Origin: Candidatus Marinacidobacterales bacterium
Lineage (GTDB): Bacteria > Acidobacteriota > Vicinamibacteria > Marinacidobacterales > SMYC01
Direction: 5' to 3'
Assembly (NCBI GenBank): GCA_965237955.1
Contig: OZ250169.1
Span: 7,808,001 to 7,872,000, forward strand
Length of the DNA: 64,000 nucleotides
Position numbers and translations under genes: made by a program. Numbering within the stretch: position 1 is the first letter of the stretch; each line of letters begins with the position of its first letter. Below the pieces are notes generated by a model. The model was not told the origin of the DNA, did no database searches, and was given only the letters and a program-made list of their open reading frames with translations. This document shows positions 1 through 12,410 of this stretch, in pieces.

Positions 1-207
1 CTGGTGACGGACCTCGACCTTCCGGGCGGAACCGGGCTGGATCTCGTTCTCACTGCGAACAAGTTGCGCCCACAAATGCGCTCCGTCCTCATGACCGGCT
101 ACAGCTGCAGCGCGATCCGCAAGCAAGCGGGCGAGCTGTCGCTCCTTGGATATCTGGAAAAGCCGTTCGACCCCGACGAGCTCGTGGCCGCGCTGGAAGA
201 AGACTAG
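1..207 (+). CDS. Response regulator receiver domain, C-terminal part (runs off window start)
   Basis: TDLDLPGGTGLDL (phospho-Asp region), VLMTG and LEKPF motifs of REC domains. Confidence 0.85.
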   Translation: MVTDLDLPGGTGLDLVLTANKLRPQMRSVLMTGYSCSAIRKQAGELSLLGYLEKPFDPDELVAALEED

Positions 208-212
208 GGGCT

Positions 213-827
213 TTAGGGTTGACCTTCGACTTCGAGCTCTAGCTCGTCGTCGAGCGATTCGACGCCACCAACGCTACCGACCCGGGTCCGGATCCGCTCC
301 GCGAGCTCTTCCGAGGGGACCTCTCCCCGCAGCACGACGCGCCCCGCGGACACTTGAATATCGACGTCGATCTTCCGCGCCTCCCGGTCTAGATGGAGGG
401 CGGTTCGGATTTTCGTCAACAGAGCCGCGTCGTCGAGCCGTTGCCCCAGGCTCTTCCGAGACGGGTCGGCCTCGACTTCGCCCAGGTCGGCGTCGACCTC
501 CAGTCGATTCTCGACGCTTTCGACCCCTTCCACGTTCTCGGCGAGCTCCTCGGCGCTCTCCCGCTCCTCTTTCGACGCGACCTCTCCCGACAGGGTCACG
601 ACGCTGCCATCCGTGGCGATGTCGATGGGGCGGTTCGCCAAATCCCGATGGACGGCGAACGTCGCCTTCACGGAGCCTGTGACCGCTGTGTCCTCGACCG
701 CCCTCTGGATATAGGGAAGCTGCCCGGACCTATAAAGATGATAGACAACAAAAGCGATGCCGAGGAGAAGGACGAGCGAGACCACCCGAAAAACGAGCCT
801 GAACAGAAACCGAAACATCTCAGGCAA
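213..827 (-). CDS. Membrane-anchored dual BON-domain (OsmY-like) protein
   Basis: N-terminal hydrophobic helix, then two BON repeats (D..(V/L)T...K....GxVxLxGxV....A..V.GV.SV.N/D.L). Confidence 0.85.
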   Translation of the reverse strand: MPEMFRFLFRLVFRVVSLVLLLGIAFVVYHLYRSGQLPYIQRAVEDTAVTGSVKATFAVHRDLANRPIDIATDGSVVTLSGEVASKEERESAEELAENVEGVESVENRLEVDADLGEVEADPSRKSLGQRLDDAALLTKIRTALHLDREARKIDVDIQVSAGRVVLRGEVPSEELAERIRTRVGSVGGVESLDDELELEVEGQP

Positions 828-897
828 AGCATAACCTGAACGAAGGCAAGGATAAAAGGCTGATGGCTGATGGCAAGCACCAAGCTATAATTCAACA

Positions 898-2355
898 ATG
901 ACCAAACCCAAGACCCTAGGCGATCTGTCCGAATCGCGCCCCCGGAGCGTGCGCGACGAGATCCGCACCAACGTGATTGCCGTGATGCGCGCGGGTGAGG
1001 AACTCTTTCCGGGCATCGTCGGCTACGACGAGACCGTGCTACCGCAGCTCGTCAATGCTCTTTTGTCGCGACACCACTTCATTCTCCTTGGACTACGTGG
1101 GCAGGCCAAGACCCGGATCCTCCGCGGCCTGACCCGTTTTCTCGATGACGCGATCCCGGTCATCGACGGATGTGAGATCCACGACGACCCGTCGAACCCG
1201 ATCTGCAGCGCGTGCCGCCGACTCGTTGCCGAGAAGGGCGACGACACGCCTGTCCGATGGCTCTCCCGGGTCGAGCGCTACGTCGAGAAGCTCGCGACGC
1301 CGGACGTGACCATCGCCGACATGATCGGCGACCTCGACCCCATCCGGGCCGCGCGCAGCGGACTCGATCTCGCCGACGAGCTGACGATCCACTATGGTCT
1401 CGTGCCGCGAGCGCACCGCGGTATCTTCGCCATCAACGAGCTTCCCGATCTCGCCGGCAAGATCCAAGTGGGTCTTTTCAACATCCTTCAGGAGGGCGAC
1501 GTTCAGATCAAGGGATACCCGATTCGCCTTCCGCTCGATATCTTGATGGTGTTCACCGCGAACCCCGAAGACTATACCGCGCGCGGCCGCATCATTACGC
1601 CGCTCAAAGATCGCATCGGCTCCGAGATCCGCACGCACTATCCCGAACACCTCGAGCAGGGTGTGTCGATCACGCGGGACGAAGCGTGGACCGAGCGCGA
1701 CAGCGCCGTCGTCGACGACGTGCCCTACTACTTGCGTGAAGTCGTCGAAGAAATCGCCATCCAGGCGCGGCAAGACCGCCGCGTGGACAAACGCTCCGGT
1801 GTCAGCCAACGCCTTCCGATCACCGTCCTCGAAAACGTTCTCTCGAACGCTGAGCGGCGCGCTCTCGCGGACGGCGAGGCGAGCGCGGCGCCTCGGGTTT
1901 CCGATGTGTATGCCTCGCTCCCCGCGATCACCGGAAAGCTCGAGCTCGAGTACGAAGGCGAGCTCAAAGGCGCCGACACCGTCGCCCGGGAGCTCATCCG
2001 CCGTGCGGTCGGCGAGACGTTTCAAAAGTACTCATCGGGCGCAGACTTCACCGGCGTTATCGAGTGGTTCGACGGCGGTGGGTATTTCCGGCTCCCTGAC
2101 GCCTCGTCCTCCGACGAAGCGCTTCGAACCTTGTCCGAGATCCCGGGCCTTCTCGAGCACACGTCGATCATCAACGTTGACGGCAAAGCGACACCCGCCG
2201 AGCGCGTCGCCGCCGCCGAGTTTCTCCTCGAAGGTCTCGCCGGAGTCAAGAAGATCTCGCGCAGCGAAGAGCGAGGCTTCTACCGCAGCGAAGAACGCCG
2301 GCCCGAGATCGGTTACGAAGAGCCGATCGATACCACTAAGACCCACTTGAACTGA
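898..2355 (+). CDS. Mg-chelatase-like/MoxR-type AAA+ ATPase
   Basis: Walker A-like GLRGQAKT, Walker B-like FAINE, TANPEDY and LKDR motifs; 485 aa. Confidence 0.85.
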   Translation: MTKPKTLGDLSESRPRSVRDEIRTNVIAVMRAGEELFPGIVGYDETVLPQLVNALLSRHHFILLGLRGQAKTRILRGLTRFLDDAIPVIDGCEIHDDPSNPICSACRRLVAEKGDDTPVRWLSRVERYVEKLATPDVTIADMIGDLDPIRAARSGLDLADELTIHYGLVPRAHRGIFAINELPDLAGKIQVGLFNILQEGDVQIKGYPIRLPLDILMVFTANPEDYTARGRIITPLKDRIGSEIRTHYPEHLEQGVSITRDEAWTERDSAVVDDVPYYLREVVEEIAIQARQDRRVDKRSGVSQRLPITVLENVLSNAERRALADGEASAAPRVSDVYASLPAITGKLELEYEGELKGADTVARELIRRAVGETFQKYSSGADFTGVIEWFDGGGYFRLPDASSSDEALRTLSEIPGLLEHTSIINVDGKATPAERVAAAEFLLEGLAGVKKISRSEERGFYRSEERRPEIGYEEPIDTTKTHLN

Positions 2356-2360
2356 ACCTC

Positions 2361-2669
2361 ATGTCGACCACGAAGTACAGCAAGTATCGGCCGGATCTCT
2401 TTGACGATTTCGATATCTCCGACCTGCTCGGCGAGCTGTCCGATTTCTTCCTCGACAGTGGGTTCCGGGATCATGTACGGCTTCCACGAGCTCTCGGACG
2501 ACATGATGCAACGGCTCCGCGAGGCGGTCCTGCGCGCATTGCTCGAACAGGGAAAGCTCACCGAAGAGGACATCGAGAATCTCATGGGTGATGCCGAGAG
2601 CTTCGAAGACTCGGAGCTCAAAAAGCTCATCGATCAGATCATCGACCGGATGCAGCAAGAGGGCTACGT
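2361..2669 (+). pseudogene. 5' remnant of the ATPase partner gene (probably a VWA protein), frameshifted and cut by IS5
   Basis: Starts 5 bp after the ATPase; coding signal switches frame near 2465; ends at the IS end at 2670. VWA identity is inferred from the usual gene pairing. Confidence 0.6.
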
Positions 2670-3754
2670 GGCGTTGTTGCACCGCTCTGGCTGAGAGCGA
2701 AATCCGCCTATGGTGGTGGCCGAGGTATGTTCGAGCATGAAGTATCCCAAGCGCTGCCAGTACAAGCACGCGAAGCAGAAGAAGTACCACGTTCGCAACT
2801 GGGCGGAATACAACGAAGGGCTGCGCCGCCGGGGCGATTTGACAGTCTGGTTTGACGAGGAGGCAATCGCGAACTGGAAGGCCGACAAGACCGGTAAGCC
2901 TGGCGGTCAACGGGTCTATTCAGACATGGCGATTGAAACGGGCCTGGTTGTCCGGATAGTGTACAAGCTCGCCTACCGACAAACCGAAGGCTTCTTGCAC
3001 TCGATCGCCTCGCTTCTCGGGCTCGGTATCGAGATCCCGGACTACTCGACGTTGTGTCGGCGCTCGAGGTTGCTCCGCAAGAAGCTGCGGATTCCGAAAG
3101 CCGCGAGCACTCAACCCATCCACCTGATGATCGATAGCACGGGCTTGAGGATTCATGTTGGAAACGCTCGCAAACCGCCAAAGCAGCGCGCATGGCGCAA
3201 GTTGCACATCGCCGTTGATCGCGAGGCAGGGAACATTGTTGCGTCCGAACTGACGGCGTCACGAGCTCGCGACGCAACCCGAGTCCCCGCTTTGCTAACA
3301 CAGATTCAAGCACCTCTAGTGTCGGTGGCGGCGGACAGTGCATACGACAAGGAAGCGGTCTACGAAGCCATCGAAGCGCACAGTCCTGGACGAAGGACGC
3401 GCGTGGTGATTCCGCCGCAACGAAACGCGACGCTCAGTCAGAATTCGAACACCGCCATGCAGGAGCGCGATCGCCATATTCGTGCAATCGAAAGACACGG
3501 CCGACGTGAATGGTACAAGCTCTCAGGCTACACCAAACGAAGCATGGTGGAGAACGCGGTCTATCGTTACAAGGCGATCATCGGGCCGGAGATGCGGGCT
3601 CGAACGTTGGCGAGGCAACGAGTTGAACACCGAATTGGGTGCGAGATACTCAACAAGATGGCTGCGCTCGGGATGCCCGATACGTACTGCGCCGGGTGAC
3701 TCTGCAACCGGCACAGGGAGGTCAGCGATTTGCTCCGGGCCGTGCAACAACGCC
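2670..3754 (+). mobile_element. IS5-family (IS903-like) element, copy 1; transposase 2710-3699
   Basis: 13-bp IR GGCGTTGTTGCAC/GTGCAACAACGCC; 329-aa DDE transposase (IDSTG, WRKLH, ADSAYD, Y..RS..E); 1085 bp. Confidence 0.95.
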
Positions 3755-4141
3755 GGTCTTGGCTGGAAACCAATGGGAAATAGGGAAAACCAGGCAATTC
3801 GGGGTCATTTTGGGTCTGATCTTGAGTTCGGTTGTATTTTTGGACAGGCCGCGTCTGCGGACCGGACTCAGCCGAATATCGTGACGGCCAGCCACCCAAA
3901 GAACGCGGCATTCGCTGCAACCAGCGCCGCGCCCAGCGCTCTGTGGTTGCATCGCGGCGTGTCCAAAAACACAAACGCGTTACCACGCCCTTGATGGTTG
4001 AGCTCTCCCTGATAATGGTAGATGAACTCGGCGACGGCCCGGCGCGTGGGTCTTAGAGTTCGTTTGTATTTTTGGACACGACGGCGTCTAAGCTGCTGAT
4101 TTGTGGTCTATTTCAAAAGGGACGAGTTTTGGCACAGGACG

Positions 4142-4361
4142 GGATCTAATGGAGGTCATCGAAGACCGCGCCGAGCGTGGCTCCACACTCATCGCGACCC
4201 AGATTCCGCTCAAGCAGTGGCACGAAGCGATTGGCGACCCAAACCAGGCAGACGCTATCTGCGATCGCATTCTCCACAGCGCGCACCGCATCACTCTCAA
4301 AGGAGCTTCTCTGAGAAAGACCAAGGCTGCGCCAAAGGCATTTGACAACGCCGATGCATGA
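4142..4361 (+). pseudogene. istB: IS21-family IstB helper ATPase, C-terminal fragment
   Basis: DLMEVIEDRAERGSTLIATQIP..W...IGDP..ADAICDRILH.AHRITLKG.SLRK; 5' part removed at an M end. Confidence 0.85.
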
Positions 4362-4566
4362 GCGAGCGAGGGACCACAGCGTCGATGCGATAAAAACGGG
4401 TGAAACCGCCAAACCCGGGGTACCAGACGATGCGGCGCCAAAACGACGCGCGAGAATGCCTCAGGAAGCGTCTTCTCGCGCCAGGCCATACCCCAGCAAC
4501 CCCCCGAAACCAGCCCCACATCGCCCGGGGTTCGGCCGCGGCAGGTCGCTGCCTACGGGAGCGACC

Positions 4567-5648
4567 GGCGTTGTTGCACCGCTCTGGCTGAGAGCGAAAT
4601 CCGCCTATGGTGGTGGCCGAGGTATGTTCGAGCATGAAGTATCCCAAGCGCTGCCAGTACAAGCACGCGAAGCAGAAGAAGTACCACGTTCGCAACTGGG
4701 CGGAATACAACGAAGGGCTGCGCCGCCGGGGCGATTTGACAGTCTGGTTTGACGAGGAGGCAATCGCGAACTGGAAGGCCGACAAGACCGGTAAGCCTGG
4801 CGGTCAACGGGTCTATTCAGACATGGCGATTGAAACGGGCCTGGTTGTCCGGATGGTGTACAAGCTCGCCTACCGACAAACCGAAGGCTTCTTGCACTCG
4901 ATCGCCTCGCTTCTCGGGCTCGGTATCGAGATCCCGGACTACTCGACGTTGTGTCGGCGCTCGAGGTTGCTCCGCAAGAAGCTGCGGATTCCGAAAGCCG
5001 CGAGCACTCAACCCATCCACCTGATGATCGATAGCACGGGCTTGAGGATTCATGTTGGAAACGCTCGCAAACCGCCAAAGCAGCGCGCATGGCGCAAGTT
5101 GCACATCGCCGTTGATCGCGAGACCGGCAACATTGTTGCGTCCGAACTGACGGCGTCACGAGCTCGCGACGCAACCCGAGTCCCCGCTTTGCTAACACAG
5201 ATTCAAGCACCTCTAGTGTCGGTGGCGGCGGACAGTGCATACGACAAGGAAGCGGTCTACGAAGCCATCGAAGCGCACAGTCCTGGACGAAGGACGCGCG
5301 TGGTGATTCCGCCGCAACGAAACGCGACGCTCAGTCAGAATTCGAACACCGCCATGCAGGAGCGCGATCGCCATATTCGTGCAATCGAAAGACACGGCCG
5401 ACGTGAATGGTACAAGCTCTCAGGCTACACCAAGCGAAGCATGGTGGAGAACGCGGTCTATCGTTACAAGGCGATCATCGGGCCGGAGATGCGGGCTCGA
5501 ACGTTGGAGAGGCAACGAGTTGAACACCGAATTGGGTGCGAGATACTCAACAAGATGGCTGCGCTCGGGATGCCCGATACGTACTGCGCCGGGTGACTCT
5601 GCAACCACAGGGAGGTCAGCGATTTGCTCCGGGCCGTGCAACAACGCC
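4567..5648 (+). mobile_element. IS5-family (IS903-like) element, copy 2; transposase 4607-5596
   Basis: Same IRs and ORF as copy 1; 3-bp deletion near the right end (1082 bp). Confidence 0.95.
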
Positions 5649-6644
5649 GCCAAGACCCGCCCGCTCCGGTCGGCCTGTGATCCGCAAAAAGGAAGATCGC
5701 GTACCGCTGGGTCGACTTTTTGCGGAGCACAACCTCAGTCCGAGCGCAAGGTGCGCTTCCGTAAACGGCTTGGCGGGTTGCTACGTTTCTACCATTGGGA
5801 AGCCGCATGAGTATTTTGACCTCACGCGGATATTCGAGAACGATCGGCAAGAGTGAGCCTCTCCCTCTTACCATGTCAGTTTCCAACAGGAAGTCGTATG
5901 GTCCCCGTCCTTGAAAGCGGGAAGCTCACAGACTTCAGGGTTCTTCTCGCTGGCTGAGACGGGTCATCCGCACCAGGTGAAGTTGGCCAGTTTGAAACTG
6001 GTCGGTTGGCTCATTCATTCATCTTCTCGAACCGTGTTTTGGCTATTTCGCTTTCCTCTGGCAGTCTGAGCAGTCGTGCCCTGCCCCGTTTGGTCCATAC
6101 GCCCATTGTCGGGCGGTGTGAATATAATAGTAGCGAAGCGTTTCTCAGGAGCTTCCCCTCCCGCTTGTCGCCCCCGCCTCTGCGGGAACCGTCGCTCAAG
6201 CAGCCACATAGCACTCTTTGTCGAAGGCGGGCGAGTCTCTGTTGCTATCCTTGCGGACGTGAATTTTCCATTCCCCAGCTTCCCATTCACCACTTGCCCG
6301 CCCTTGTATCTGATGGTTTGGCGAACGATCCTCGTCTCCTCGGTCGCGCTCCTGTATCAGTACCGTGTTCGATCCTGGACCCGCGCTGCTTCTCTTCGGT
6401 CATCGCTTTCCTCCCTTTGGTTAAGCGCACGGCCGCATTCGTGAAACCCAGCACGAGCTAGCCCACCCTGTGAACCTTTCCGGCGGTTCCATCCTGTTAG
6501 GTCGTTTCATTTTCAAAGGACTTGGGAGATTTCTCCCGCTCGGCCATCGGTTGCATCGGCCCGTTAGGTAGGCCATCTGCGCCAACCTGGTCACTGGGTC
6601 GTCGAATCTGCGTACCAACGCGATTGGAGCTTGGCCCGCGAACC

Positions 6645-6797
6645 CGTCCTGTGCCAAAACTCGGATCTTTCGAAATAGACCATAAATCAGCAGCTTAGCA
6701 AGTTCGGTGCGCGCGGATGAATAAATAGAAGGCACAGGGCGTTCGAGTATTTTGACCAGACGGGATGTCGTGGCTGTCCGAGTTTTGGCACAGGACG
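6645..6797. mobile_element. MITE-like mini element bounded by two inverted M ends
   Basis: CGTCCTGTGCCAAAACTCGG...CCGAGTTTTGGCACAGGACG; the interior consists of pieces of other element ends. Confidence 0.7.
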
Positions 6798-7056
6798 GGC
6801 GCCGCCACATTAGAAACTGTCAGTTTCATCCCATCCTCGGCCATGCGGTCGATGGAGGGTGTACTCACATATCAGCGATGTTCAAACTTTAGGATAAAAT
6901 ATTGGCCTCTCCTGCTATTTCAGTGGACCCGTCGAGCTCAGGATCTGCACAACTTGGTGGCAAGCACCCGTGATGCCATTTGACAGGCGGGCGGCGGTAG
7001 GTGCGAAATGCGGAGTAGCAAGAAGGTGGAAGAGGAGTTAGAGTCTCAACAGTAAG

Positions 7057-8619
7057 ATGAGAGGACCTGCAATGATCAAAACGAAACGAAATCGTATCGG
7101 AAACGTTGCTTTGCTAACAGGCATCCTGACTTGCCTGATTTGCTGGCAGAACAGCTATCTTTTCGCTCAGCAGAAGGTGGAGGAAGAGACCTCTGATAAG
7201 CCCGTTGAATTGAGAGCGCCATCGGTGACCGAGCAGACCATTACAGTGGATGGGAAATCCATAAACTACACGGCCACCGTAGGCTACATGATTCAAACGG
7301 ATGCAGATGGCAAGCCCATTGGTTACTTTTTTTACACTGCATACACCAAGCAAGGTGAAGATTCCGTTTCTCGTCCGTTGACTTTCTGCTTCAACGGCGG
7401 ACCGGGAACCTCTTCGATCTACCTCCACATGCTGACCATCGGGCCCCAAAAGGCCGTGCTTCTGGAAGACGGCAATACTGCGGCACCGCCACCCCGTCTG
7501 GTGGACAATGTGGATACATGGCTTGGCTTCACCGATCTGGTGTTCATCGATCCCATAGGCACAGGGTTCAGTTTTCCCCATCCGGGAGCGGACACCAAGC
7601 AATTCTTCGGTACTGCAGCGGATGCCGAGTCCGTTGGCGATTTCATTCGCATGTACATCACCGAGAACGCTCGCTGGCTGTCGCCGATTTTCGTGGCCGG
7701 TGAGAGTTATGGTGGCATTCGCGGGGTCCTGCTTGCGGAAGAGTTACAGAACAGTCGTCGCATCAAATTGAATGTCAACGGTCTCATCTTTATCGCGCCC
7801 GCTTACGATTTTCAGAGTCTGGGAACGAGCAGGCACAATCCCATGTACCTCTCACAGTATGTTTCGACGTACGCGACGACCGCCTGGTACCACAAGAAGC
7901 TGGACGACGACTTGCAGGCGGATTTCGACCAACTGGTCAAGGAAGTGACGACATGGGCCAGCGAAAATTATCTGGTGGCGCTTGTCAAAGGCGACAAGCT
8001 CGAGGAGTCCAAGAAGAAAGAGATCGCCGGCCAGATGGCCCGCTACACGGGACTGTCCGAAGATTACATTCTGCAGAAGAACCTTCGAATCACTTCCCCG
8101 GAATTCAGAGAAGAACTTCTGCGCGACAAAGGCATGAGTCTGCACCGGACGGATGCTCGATTCGAACTCGGAGCCTATGATTTGGCGAGGACTCTATCGC
8201 CAGTGTTGAACCACTACGTCAGGGCCGTCCTCGGGTACGACACGATCAAACCGTACCTCGTCAGCGGTAATGTTCAACCATGGGCATGGGGCGGAAAACC
8301 TTCTCCGTTCTCGGTCGTGCCCAACCTGAGTGAAGCAATGAAGAACAACAGGAATATGAAGGTCTTCGTCGCTGCGGGATACTACGACCATGCCTGTCCC
8401 TTCGCGACCATCGACTATGCGCTCGATCAACTGCTCCTTACCCCTGAGTTGCAACGAAACATCAGTCGTCGCTACTACCAAGCCGGCCACATGGTCTATA
8501 CACCTCAGTTCGAGTTGACGAGATTCACCGAAGACGTGAAGGAATTCATCGTGGATGCTGCAACGCCCGGCGCACACGCAGCACCTACGACGGCCAGCGT
8601 GGTCCGACATCGAGACTGA
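7057..8619 (+). CDS. Secreted S10-family serine carboxypeptidase
   Basis: Signal peptide; FNGGPG, IDPIGTGFS, GESYGG (nucleophile), GYYD and AGHMVY motifs. Confidence 0.9.
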   Translation: MRGPAMIKTKRNRIGNVALLTGILTCLICWQNSYLFAQQKVEEETSDKPVELRAPSVTEQTITVDGKSINYTATVGYMIQTDADGKPIGYFFYTAYTKQGEDSVSRPLTFCFNGGPGTSSIYLHMLTIGPQKAVLLEDGNTAAPPPRLVDNVDTWLGFTDLVFIDPIGTGFSFPHPGADTKQFFGTAADAESVGDFIRMYITENARWLSPIFVAGESYGGIRGVLLAEELQNSRRIKLNVNGLIFIAPAYDFQSLGTSRHNPMYLSQYVSTYATTAWYHKKLDDDLQADFDQLVKEVTTWASENYLVALVKGDKLEESKKKEIAGQMARYTGLSEDYILQKNLRITSPEFREELLRDKGMSLHRTDARFELGAYDLARTLSPVLNHYVRAVLGYDTIKPYLVSGNVQPWAWGGKPSPFSVVPNLSEAMKNNRNMKVFVAAGYYDHACPFATIDYALDQLLLTPELQRNISRRYYQAGHMVYTPQFELTRFTEDVKEFIVDAATPGAHAAPTTASVVRHRD

Positions 8620-8699
8620 CCGTACTAGCTCTTTCGGCGGCGGAGGTAAGCGCTCGCACCCGCGGCGGTCAGGACGCACAGGGCGCGAAGAGCGCTCCG

Positions 8700-8985
8700 G
8701 GCGCCCCAAACTTGATTAGTCTCCGGTCTGCCGGCACCATGCCTGCTTGATTTCGTCGTTTGTTCGCGCTCTCATCTCCGCCTTCAAGGCTCGTCGCGTG
8801 CTGGCTCTCGACAATGTCGCTCTTCGGCAGCAGCTCGCCGTCCTCCGCCGTTCGGTGAAACGGCCGCGGCTCTCGAACGTCGACCGCGGGTTTTGGGTAA
8901 CTGTAGAGCCTAAGGGCCCTTGGCCCAGTCGCTAAGCTGCTGATTTATGGTCTATTTCAAAAGGGCTGAGTTTTGGCACAGGACG
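8700..8985 (+). pseudogene. Integrase-core transposase 5' remnant fused to a reverse M end
   Basis: ISSFVRALISAFKARRVLALDNVALRQQLAVL matches 62428-63095; a near-identical inverted unit lies at 14110-14414. Confidence 0.8.
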
Positions 8986-9009
8986 GGGAACCTGCAACAA
9001 ACGTCTTAA

Positions 9010-9445
9010 CGACGCCATGAACCGTCAGGATTCTTCTCCGGCATTAAGCTAGGGGATCTGAGGTTACCCTCGGCCGCATCTGCGAACCAACCTATCCATT
9101 GCTCTATGAACTCTTCCCGGGCTGTCTTGGTCGGCCGGAGTAAATGGCCATGCGAGTTGGACCGTGCCTATTGCTGGAGACAACGACACCTGAGCACCAT
9201 TTTCGTTCGGGGCTAACGCGAATGGATTAACGGACGACCTGCGTCCGACTAAAGGACTGCGCATGAAGGCAGTTTCGTACCAACGGAATGCGTCTTTCTC
9301 TCGGGCGTCACAATACCAGAGACTGTGTGAGCGTCCCCTGTATCCGCTCGAAGGTCGTTGTGTTTGCAATCGAATTTGTGAGGTAGCGATCACGGTGAAC
9401 GGAATCTCAGCCTCGTGCGCGCGTTCGATAGCTGCGACGTATAGC
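9010..9445 (-). pseudogene. Degraded 3' gene fragment (resembles the C-terminal tail of some bacterial Ser/Thr kinases)
   Basis: SHSLWYCDA...WYETAFM...NPFAL.P...QLAWPFTP; cut by IS5 at 9446. Family assignment is from recollection only. Confidence 0.35.
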
Positions 9446-10530
9446 GGCGTTGTTGCACGGCCCGGAGCAAATCGCTGACCTCCCTGTGCCGGTTGCAGAG
9501 TCACCCGGCGCAGTACGTATCGGGCATCCCGAGCGCAGCCATCTTGTTGAGTATCTCGCACCCAATTCGGTGTTCAATTCGTTGCCTCGCCAACGTTCGA
9601 GCCCGCATCTCCGGCCCGATGATCGCCTTGTAACGATAGACCGCGTTCTCCACCATGCTTCGCTTGGTGTAGCCTGAGAGCTTGTACCATTCACGTCGGC
9701 CGTGTCTTTCGATTGCACGAATATGGCGATCGCGCTCCTGCATGGCGGTGTTCGAATTCTGACTGAGCGTCGCGTTTCGTTGCGGCGGAATCACCACGCG
9801 CGTCCTTCGTCCAGGACTGTGCGCTTCGATGGCTTCGTAGACCGCTTCCTTGTCGTATGCACTGTCCGCCGCCACCGACACTAGAGGTGCTTGAATCTGT
9901 GTTAGCAAAGCGAGGACTCGGGTTGCGTCGCGAGCTCGTGACGCCGTCAGTTCGGACGCAACAATGTTCCCTGTCTCGCGATCAACGGCGATGTGCAACT
10001 TGCGCCATGCGCGCTGCTTTGGCGGTTTGCGAGCGTTTCCAACATGAATCCTCAAGCCCGTGCTATCGATCATCAGGTGGATGGGTTGAGTGCTCGCGGC
10101 TTTCGGAATCCGCAGCTTCTTGCGGAGCAACCTCGAGCGCCGACACAACGTCGAGTAGTCCGGGATCTCGATACCGAGCCCGAGAAGCGAGGCGATCGAG
10201 TGCATGAAGCCTTCGGTTTGTCGGTAGGCGAGCTTGTACACCATCCGGACAACCAGGCCCGTTTCAATAGCCATGTCTGAATAGACCCGTTGACCGCCAG
10301 GCTTACCGGTCTTGTCGGCCTTCCAGTTCGCGATTGCCTCCTCGTCAAACCAGACTGTCAAATCGCCCCGGCGGCGCAGCCCTTCGTTGTATTCCGCCCA
10401 GTTGCGAACGTGGTACTTCTTCTGCTTCGCGTGCTTGTACTGGCAGCGCTTGGGATACTTCATGCTCGAACATACCTCGGCCACCACCATAGGCGGATTT
10501 CGCTCTCAGCCAGAGCGGTGCAACAACGCC
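9446..10530 (-). mobile_element. IS5-family (IS903-like) element, copy 3; transposase 9501-10490
   Basis: Both IRs present; 329-aa ORF intact. Confidence 0.95.
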
Positions 10531-11148
10531 GCACGGGCTTGAGGATTCATGTTGGAAACGCTCGCAAACCGCCAAAGCAGCGCGCATGGCGCAAGTTGCA
10601 CATCGCCGTTGATCGCGAGACAGGGAACATTGTTGCGTCCGAACTGACGGCGTCACGAGCTCGCGACGCAACCCGAGTCCCCGCTTTGCTAACACAGATT
10701 CAAGCACCTCTAGTGTCGGTGGCGGCGGACAGTGCATACGACAAGGAAGCGGTCTACGAAGCCATCGAAGCGCACAGTCCTGGACGAAGGACGCGCGTGG
10801 TGATTCCGCCGCAACGAAACGCGACGCTCAGTCAGAATTCGAACACCGCCATGCAGGAGCGCGATCGCCATATTCGTGCAATCGAAAGACACGGCCGACG
10901 TGAATGGTACAAGCTCTCAGGCTACACCAAGCGAAGCATGGTGGAGAACGCGGTCTATCGTTACAAGGCGATCATCGGGCCGGAGATGCGGGCTCGAACG
11001 TTGGCGAGGCAACGAGTTGAACACCGAATTGGGTGCGAGATACTCAACAAGATGGCTGCGCTCGGGATGCCCGATACGTACTGCGCCGGGTGACTCTGCA
11101 ACCGGCACAGGGAGGTCAGCGATTTGCTCCGGGCCGTGCAACAACGCC
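10531..11148 (+). mobile_element. 3' half of a split IS5 copy
   Basis: Begins mid-gene at GCACGGGCT and runs to the right IR. Confidence 0.9.
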
Positions 11149-12037
11149 TCTGAGCGGCGGGACCGAAGATGAACAGCGACGGCTTGCCGTCGACATCGTA
11201 CCAGCGTGCCATGACTTCGTACGGCCGCGAGCGAGGTGCGCCGCTCCCAGTCCGATCGAAAGTGTGGATGGCAGTCCACTCGTTGTCTTGCGGCTCAAAC
11301 GCTATGCGCTCAAGGTGGCGCTTTGCGACGGACAGGACCACGATCTGGGGCTCCAGTATCTTCAGCAGCATGTGCCAAAGCGGACCGCCATCGGCTTCAA
11401 GTGTGGACCGGTCGACGTCGCCGAGTTTGCTCCAAGTCGGATCGGTGGCGACGGGTGAGCAGATGTCGGTATGGAGCGCTGTCGAGGTGAAGCCTTCGTA
11501 GTAGCTGGCTCCAGCGCCGTTAAGTAAGGGCTCGAATGCTCTGAACCAGGCGCGATAAGGGTCGGTGCGGAAGTAGGACGATAGGGCATAAAGGTAGTGA
11601 TCGCGGCCACGGCCCGCGGTACCCTCGTCTAACGGAAAGCGTGAGAACGGCCTATCCGCCGGGAATTCCTGTAGCGAGGGATTCAACCCCACAGTCAGTA
11701 CACGCAGTGTGGATACCCTGTACGCACCGAGGTCACCAAAGAACAGAATCGGCGCGGCGGGCTTAACGCGCACCGACAACTCCGCCGCGTTGTCGTAGGC
11801 GCACCAAGCCTTCGCTATCGGTTCGTCAAGGCTTGCCCGCTCTTTCAACAAGATTGATCCTCTCCAGACTCGCGATGCCAGTACCTCAGCCCACTCCCTC
11901 CATGCCGCATCGGACGTCGGCTTCTTGGCGTCCTCGATAAGGCGCTCAATCTGCACGGCCAGGCCCCCGAAGTTGCGAAGGTCGGCCGCCGTGCGGAGCG
12001 GCGTAGTGGCCACCGCCGCGAAGATCCTGTCGCGCAT
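11149..12037 (-). pseudogene. Hypothetical protein with uracil-DNA-glycosylase-like motif, C-terminus cut by IS5
   Basis: PILFFGD....VLTVGLNPS..EF, HTDICSP.AT.P.WS.L and L.PQIVV pattern resemble the UDG-like fold. Confidence 0.5.
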
Positions 12038-12410
12038 CCGCGCCGCGATAGGCGTCCAATCGCGCGCGCCGTATTCGGGGGTGACCTTACGCGGCCGACG
12101 GCGAGCTCATACACTTCGTTACCCCCGGCCACTGGCCCCCGGACACGAACCAGCGCCACGCCTCGACCGCCGCCGGCGAGAGCGGGTGACAGCGTGAGCG
12201 AAAAGAAGTATGAACTCCCCCTCGACTTCTTCGGTGAAGAAGAGCGGGGAGCTTTTGCGCCGGCCCTTTCGGGATTCGGGGTGGTCCCGGTCCACCCGCC
12301 ACTCCCCCTACGCGGCGCGGATCCGGCGCCACTGGGAGTTCCTTCACGCCTGTCTCGCCTTGTAGCCCGCGGCTAAGTGCTTCATCGCGTCGATGATGAG
12401 GTGTCGGCAT

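Noticed and set aside
5830-6640. Short minus-strand ORF scraps (including ELPAFKDGDHTTSCWKLTW) as a prophage remnant
   Set aside because: Interrupted by stops and too short to support; no phage hallmark genes in the window.
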